A stretch of DNA of 64,000 bases from the NCBI RefSeq assembly GCF_000181795.1, contig NW_003526943.1, forward strand, positions 6,069,806 to 6,133,805, given 5' to 3'. Positions 57,339-64,000 of this stretch are shown one piece after another. Position 1 is the first letter of the stretch, and each line of letters opens with the position of its first letter. This DNA comes from Trichinella spiralis (Eukaryota). The notes under the pieces were generated by a model, which was not told where the DNA came from, did no database searches, and worked only from the letters and a program-made list of their open reading frames with translations. The position numbers and the translations under genes are program-made.

Positions 57339-58841
57339 ATGGCTGAATCGGACATAGATAAAATAAATGAACAGATCAAGAAGTTAGATGTAGTCGATGG
57401 TGGTACTTTTTCAATTGCTGGCAAAGGCTTGTTTTATGATGACGACGATAAGAGTAAAAGCTGCTTCACAGTGTTTTACGAATTTGCTTATTTATTTTCA
57501 TTTTTTAGTTGATAACTTAGTAAAATCTTTGAAAGATGCATCTTTTGAAAAATTGAATTTATCTGGAAATTCTATTGGAATCAAAGCTGCGGCTGCAATT
57601 GGTGATGTTTTGAAATTGAACAGTTCGATAAAAGTAATTTATTGTTTCATGCAATTTTTTATTCGATAGTATTTTTTTGATTTTGTTGCTTATAATGGAA
57701 GAATTTTTTGGAAAGTTAAAATTGGGAGCATTGTTAACAGAGCAATTGTTTTCAGTTATCAGTACTTAAGGTGTATTTAAGGTATTGTTATTTCAAATAT
57801 GAAGTTTACTCTGTTGACTTATCATATATATATATTATGTGATTAAATTTTTTTGATTAACATTAGATAAATACTTGTATTGATTGTAATATTAAAATTA
57901 TTTTTCCCTCAGTTTTAGATGCAAAAATGTTAAAGATGTTTTTCATTGTATATCTAGCTGTTATATATGTGGAATTAAATGAATAATATGGTGAATAATT
58001 TTTTAATCGTTGTTCATCGAGATTCTTTGAATTTCTGTGTGGTATGGTTAAATTTTTAAGATCCTAGCGAACATTTTGTTGTATTGAGTAAAGTTAACCT
58101 TCATTGAGAACAGTTGGGTGATAAAATTTTGTGCAGTTTGAATCATTATTGATAAAATTGTATGTAAGGAAGGAAACGTAGTTTGTTTATATTGTTTTTA
58201 AAATCAATGAAACGTATGTATATATTAATTTCAAATGATTTTATTTTAATAAATTGTAAAGTCGAAGCAGAATTTCAATTATACATTTTGTGCAGTGTTC
58301 GGATGTCAAGTGTGTCTGTTGATTTTTTTTTGCAATTGCAAATAGAATTTTGAAGAAGAATATTTATATTTGATAAATTGCATTTAATTGGTAGACGAAT
58401 TTTTAAGGAACTTCACTTGAGCGATTTGTTCACAAGAAGAACTTTGGATGAAATTCCTAACTGCTTGGTGAAATATATCCTAAAGTTGAGATGGTTGTAC
58501 GTTTTTTTAAATTATTTTTCTTTTTCTTTAGAAGCATATATTTGATGCGATTGTCGAATCCGGAGCTAAAATTGAAATGTTAGATTTATCGGATAGCGCG
58601 TTCGGAAAAATTGGCGCTGATGAATTGGTGAGGTTTTTCAGCAGTCCTTCAGCTTGGTCGTTGCACACTTTGTTATTGCACAACAACGGACTCGGCATTG
58701 GCGGAGGACAAGTAAGATTTTGAACTTTATATATGCTATTTTTGGAATAAGATGTTCTGTTCACTTTTCGAGAATTTCTTTATTTCAATTTCTATCTTGA
58801 TTCTATCTTGATATCGTCGATGTATAGAGTGTGAGATTTAC

Positions 58842-58889
<48 letters not shown>

Positions 58890-61031
58890 GTATATGTTTG
58901 TAATTTTGGTTATTATTTTTTTGCAAATACAGGTTATTGCTAATGCTCTGAAAACTGCACATTACAACAGTAAGATGGCAAATGTGAAATTCAACTTGAA
59001 AACTGTTGTCATCGGTCGAAATCGTCTTGAAAATGCAGGCGCAATGGCTTTGGCGGATGCTTTTCAGGTATTTTTGACAAACAAGATTCACAACGTTTCG
59101 ATATGTAAATGAAATGTTTTTTCCCACGCCAACAACAGACCATTGGAACACTGGAAGAAATAGTAATGCCGCAAAATGGCATCACAGGTCCGGGCATTAC
59201 TGAATTATTGAAAGCATTCTCAAAAAATCCATCTTTGAAGAAGATCGATTTAAGTGACAATACATTTTCCAAAGACGCTGCATTTTCTTTGAAAGACGTA
59301 TTTGATTTGATTTGATTGCATCGTTTAGTTGAATATTTACTTATTAATTAATTAATTAATTTTACAGATGCTGAAACAATTGAAACAGTTGGAATTTGTC
59401 AACTTTGACGATTGTCTGCTTCGTAATCATTGTGCTGAACATCTAGCCCAAGGTTTAGCATTGGCAAGCCCAAATTTGTCAGTATGTTGTTTCAAAATAA
59501 TGTCTGCTTGTTGTAATTTTTATGTTGTTTGTTTGTTTTCCAACAATTCACACAGGAAATACATTTAAATGGATGTGAATTTGACACCAGTGCAGGAAGT
59601 CAAATATTGTTAAGCTTGAAAAGCAAAACATCACTCAGCAAAATCAACCTGAACTGTGAGTGGTTTTTTTTCTTTGTTCAGATGAATAATAATTATTTAT
59701 AATTTGTAAAAATTATCAGACAATCAATTTGGTGAAAAAGGCGTCAAAGTTATTAAAAATATCGCGAGCGATTTGGGTTTGGCGGATTTTTTGGGTTCGC
59801 TCAGCGAAGACGACGGTAGCTATCAAAGCGGCAGTGGAGAAGAGGAGGAGGAGGAGGAGGAGGAGGACGACGACGACGACGACGACGACGACGAGGAGGA
59901 CGAGGAAGAGATGTCGGAAGAGGAATTTGTCGTCGTTGAATCCAACTCTTTGAACATTTATTCTCCAGTAATAATATATATATTTTGTCAATTCTTCAAT
60001 AATCACTGGATTTGATTTTTGTTGTATTCAAATTGTATTATTTTGCCAGGCTGAATTGATTGAAATGCTGCAAACCGAACCGAAATTGGAACATCTTCTT
60101 GCACTGCAAGACGAACATACGAAAGAAGAATTTTTGAAAATTTTGACAGTATTCCACTTTTATTAGTATATTAATTATTACTTTTTGTGCTAATCATTTT
60201 TGCTGATCTAGTTGAAGAAAGATAATATGGATTTTTGCGCGAAAACAATTATCGGCTTGAGCTCTGTTTTGACTCCAGATTGTTCAGAAGAAGATAAAAA
60301 TCTGTGTTTGAGCATTTGGCGTAATAATTTTCATTTTTATTTGTTTACTTATTTATTTATTTATTTATTTATTTGATAATGTATATTTTTAGAATGGATT
60401 AGCGACACTTTAATTGATCAGGAAGAAGTAGAATTGTTCGTCAACTCATTGGTTCTGCACATCCATTTAATACGAGTATGATGTTTATTTTTCTTTTTCT
60501 TTTTGAATTTTGAATCTATTTGTAACAGCATTTTAATCTATGTATTATATATAGATTTAAAGAATTTATTACAACACAGTATTGTATTCATCCGTTTTAC
60601 GTTTTACGATGAAAATATTTTTTGTTGTTTCACTTATCATTAGTTATTGTATTTGTAATCTCATAAAAGTTTATGTGTATTGTTTTATTTCTTAAATTAT
60701 GTTGTAAAATGTTTTTAAGAAGTAGATAAATCATTGCTTGTTAAGTGAAAATGTTGAAATTAACATTTGGATGTTCAGGCACTGCCTGGAATGGAAAGTA
60801 AATTTCAACTTTATGGTATTTATGATATGCTGTTTTACGTGGCGAAAGAAAAGCTTTTTTCACCCATATTTTACGATGTGCTTAAATTTTTTATCAAACG
60901 GTATGAAATTTTTTCTTTTGAATCTATTTTTGAAAAAAAACTGTATTTTTTTAAGGAAATGTCCAAGAGTAGAGGATATAGATTCGAAAAAATTGCTCGA
61001 CGTTGTTGAATCTCTGAGCAGCAGAACTTGA
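57339..61031 (+). CDS. RANGAP1: Ran GTPase-activating protein 1 (ran-2-like)
   Basis: [94 protein letters not shown] plus acidic tract, then C-terminal domain ([18 protein letters not shown]..); stop at 61031. Confidence 0.95.
58850..58884. repeat. (TA)n microsatellite, intronic
   Basis: Seen directly. Confidence 0.95.
59842..59892 (+). repeat. Coding compound microsatellite (GAG)8(GAC)9 encoding the RanGAP acidic tract
   Basis: Pure codon runs within a RanGAP exon. Confidence 0.9.
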
Positions 61032-61358
61032 CTTTACTTGAAATAATTGAAATATTAATCTATTTATTTATTTATTTATTGCTATCATATGAACATTTTA
61101 TTCATGAATAACCAACTGCTGATCAAATATTTTGTAAATCAATGTATCACTGTGTTGGTTGTGGGCGTCGTCTTCTACTTTATGGATTGAAATGTATTAG
61201 GTGGGAAAATAAAGTGCTATATTTTGCTTGGAATTGAAATTCAATTTAGTAATTTTGTTTGTAATATAAACATAACATAACATAACATAGCAATTTTTAC
61301 TTTTAGTTAAAATGAAAAAAATGCGTGCATTGAATTTGCATATTCTTTCATCGAATGA

Positions 61359-61903
61359 TCAGTTTTTAATGCCGTGATGTTTTTTGTCGTTGAAATGCAT
61401 TTGTTTTAGCTGCTGACGTGTTGCTTGTGGTTGAGGAAATCTTTTAGCCCGACGGCTTCTGTACATTATGGTCTTTACTTTTTTGTATGATGGAAACAGG
61501 CCAGCCATTTTCTGATCGGCAGATGCACGGCTGGCTTCCTCGTCGTATATCTGCGGAATGGGCTTCATTTCTTCCGCTGCGCGACGTTTCAGATTATTAT
61601 TCTTTTCCATTTTGTATAAGATGGAATTGTCTGGGGTACAATCCTCCGCATGAGGAGCAGATGCCAACACAGCGTTTGCATCCAAGTTGGTGTGTATTGA
61701 ACCCTTGCATCCTTTCTTTACCTAGATGAAAACAGAGAATGCTGATTCATAAAAATAGCATATTCATGAAATGGCTTATTTACCCGTCGACAAACCCATT
61801 GCTTATCCTCAACGTTTTTGTGTTTCAGTTGGTATACTCTGCCTTGATGTACTAAATTATAATTACCTCGTTCATTTAAAACCAACTGCAAACCGTCAGC
61901 CAT
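61359..61903 (-). CDS. FLYWCH-type zinc-finger protein derived from a MULE transposase N-terminus (about 160 aa, 2 exons)
   Basis: Exons 61903-61784 and 61721-61359 joined by a 62-nt GT-AG intron give MADGLQLVLNERGNYNLVHQGRVYQLKHKNVEDKQWVCRR|VKKGCKGSIHTNLD...PHAEDC...LKRRAAEEMKPIPQIYDEEA...MYRSRRAKRFP. Could equally be a dead transposon fragment. Confidence 0.6.
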
Positions 61904-62066
61904 GAAACAGCGAAGAAGGATCAGAACAAAATGAAGCAATCAAGTAAACAGAAAAGTGATAAAATGAAAATCTTTCTCACTTTCGAGAATCAGCTTTGAA
62001 CTGACAGTTGGGAGCCAACTGTCCATTCACTTTTGATTGATGACTGTTTCCAGATGACCGTTTCAG
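61359..62066 (-). mobile_element. Truncated MULE/FLYWCH-family transposon remnant
   Basis: FLYWCH-like coding region lacking the DDE domain. Upstream perfect hairpin GACAGTTGG-gag-CCAACTGTC (62003-62023) and tandem GATGAC(T/C)GTTTC units resemble a terminal region; no partner TIR seen. Confidence 0.55.
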
Positions 62067-64000
62067 TCAACAAATCGCTAAGTGAAAGCAACTGGCATTT
62101 TGCAATTCAAAGCATAATAGCAGAATTTTCTTCATGTTGCAATTTTGCGTATAATTTACACTATTATTGCAGTTGCTAGTCAAGCCTGAATAATTTCCTT
62201 TGCGTCAAGCTATCTTTAATCTTTTTAACCGACCTTACTATATGCACTATTCAGCATTTGAAGAATTTTTTCTAAATTTTAATTTCTATTCTTCTTATTA
62301 TCTTAAATCAGGGCTGTCCAAAGCATGGTTCGCCAGTCGATCTGATTTCACACTTGAAAAAGATAAAATAATTTGCATCGAATGCATATTAGATATTTTA
62401 ATTCTGTCACTCGATATTTCTAATTTTATTTTGTGCATTCATATCATTATATATGCAGGTGTTTTTCAAATATTAGATATGTCAACAACAAATTAACATG
62501 TTTTTAAAGCAATTTTTCGGCAGTTTTGGAAAAAATTCCGCAACTTGTATGTTTTATTTTTGCAAACGCATTTTGTCTGCTGTTTCAATAAAAACTTTTC
62601 TAAGCACCACGACTTAATTTTCCTACGAAATTTTAGTATGCTTGCTAAACCTACCCAACTAGCAGTTGTACTCTCCAAGTAATTAAATATATATATTTTT
62701 TTATGCTACATTTATTTCTCGAACAAATCTTTTTTTACTTATGCTGTTTTCATTTCATCAAAAGTTGGACAGCAAATTTCAAATGTTTGTTTAATTTGTG
62801 ATAAAATTATAAAATTTATGATATGATGTTCATAAATTTATGAAAAAATAAATAAATGTTTGTTTAAACTTCTTGCTTATAATGACTTCTTATAAGTCAG
62901 GCATTTCAAGAAATGTTTTTTTATTTTGAAGAATAGTAAAATTATATGAATTTCAACATTTTTTAAGAATATTTTAGTGTTTTCTTATTTTATGTTTCTC
63001 AAAAGTTTGAAAAATTTATTAGTTGATCAATGCTAAATTCAATTGTGATTAATGGGATCCACATTCACGTTCATTTTCAAAATGGATAGAAAAGCGAATA
63101 AACAAAGCAGTTGTTATAATACTGGACAATATGTTACTTTTGATTAGAAAATTTATTGCATATAATTTTTCAGTTTTACTTTCCTGAAACAGAGCAAAGC
63201 AAAGTTTAAGGCAAAACAAGTTTATTATGCTTGACCAATAGAATGTAGCCAAATGATGAAATATACGCAGCATTGTAAAGGGAAGAAAACTTTGTTTTTA
63301 AGCTTATAATTGCAAAATACAAGCTAGCTTTTACTTTGAGACAATGAAACAGTCATGAATTAAAATTGAATGAACAGTGGCTTGCAACTTTTAGTACAGC
63401 TATTAACTGAAAGTGAAACTGGAAGATGATATGCAATACATTGTTTAACGAAAAGTAAATAAAATATTGTCTCGTATCTCAACAATAGCTTGACTTCACT
63501 TCATGTCACTGTTTCATGTTCATGACTATCGACAAGAATTTGCATTCAACATTAAGATACCAACGAAAATTATAATACAGTAAACAAGTAAATGCTTATT
63601 AAGTTAATAACTGCAACTATGAAAGTAAACATTAATTTCTTCAAGGAACAAATTATTGTATAAAATGTATGATTATTAGGAATTATTATTCAGTTTTTTA
63701 ATATAGGATTCAAAATGCATCCTCAATGAAAAATTAAATAGACTAGACGTTTATTTGCATTTCTGTTATTGTGATTTTTGTTTGTGTGTTATGGAAAACC
63801 TGTGAATAAGCGCACTTGTAATTTTGTAGCTGTAAACTATCAGGAAACAATTTCACTGGAATTCAACAAAAGCAAGCAAGCTATTTCTTTTTAATTTTAT
63901 AACTGTTTTTAAATGAACCGCTTTACTCAAGAATCTTAAAAAGAACAACTAATAATAACCCCTTTTTATTTTTTGTGCTTGAATTTGTTCATATTTCTGT

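Noticed and set aside
59716..60006. Poly-Arg/Thr and poly-Val/Leu ORFs
   Set aside because: Alternative frames of the RanGAP (GAG)n(GAC)n tract.

Overview
AT-rich, intron-rich eukaryotic genomic DNA. Short 50-60 nt introns, TTTCAG-type acceptors and a FLYWCH/MULE-family repeat suggest a nematode, most plausibly a clade I species such as Trichinella (inference). Ten multi-exon protein-coding genes can be reconstructed by hand: the 5' part of a large secreted Sushi-EGF-WAP-(Ig-FN3)n protein (DIG-1-like, minus), ribosomal protein L4 (+), a PCBP/hnRNP E-type KH protein (-), a Patched-related protein (-), COX6A (-), ETF-ubiquinone oxidoreductase (-), sphingosine kinase (-), ARMC8 (+), SMARCE1/BAF57 (+) and RanGAP1 (+). 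There is also an internally deleted Tigger/pogo element in a BAF57 intron, an intron-containing FLYWCH ORF of MULE origin, microsatellites and a 499-N gap. The most striking unexplained signals are non-coding. First, three arrays of CCAAT-like boxes are phased at 24-26 bp: upstream of rpl-4, upstream of BAF57, and an orphan inverted homologous copy at 49.4 kb. Second, a 108-bp near-identical, multi-hairpin element occurs both in an rpl-4 intron and, inverted, upstream of the divergent gene. Protein-level oddities include RanGAP with Arg at the SUMO-acceptor lysine position, a PCBP lacking KH3, and Arg in the Patched-related TM4 motif. Exon structures were read by eye and no database searches were run.
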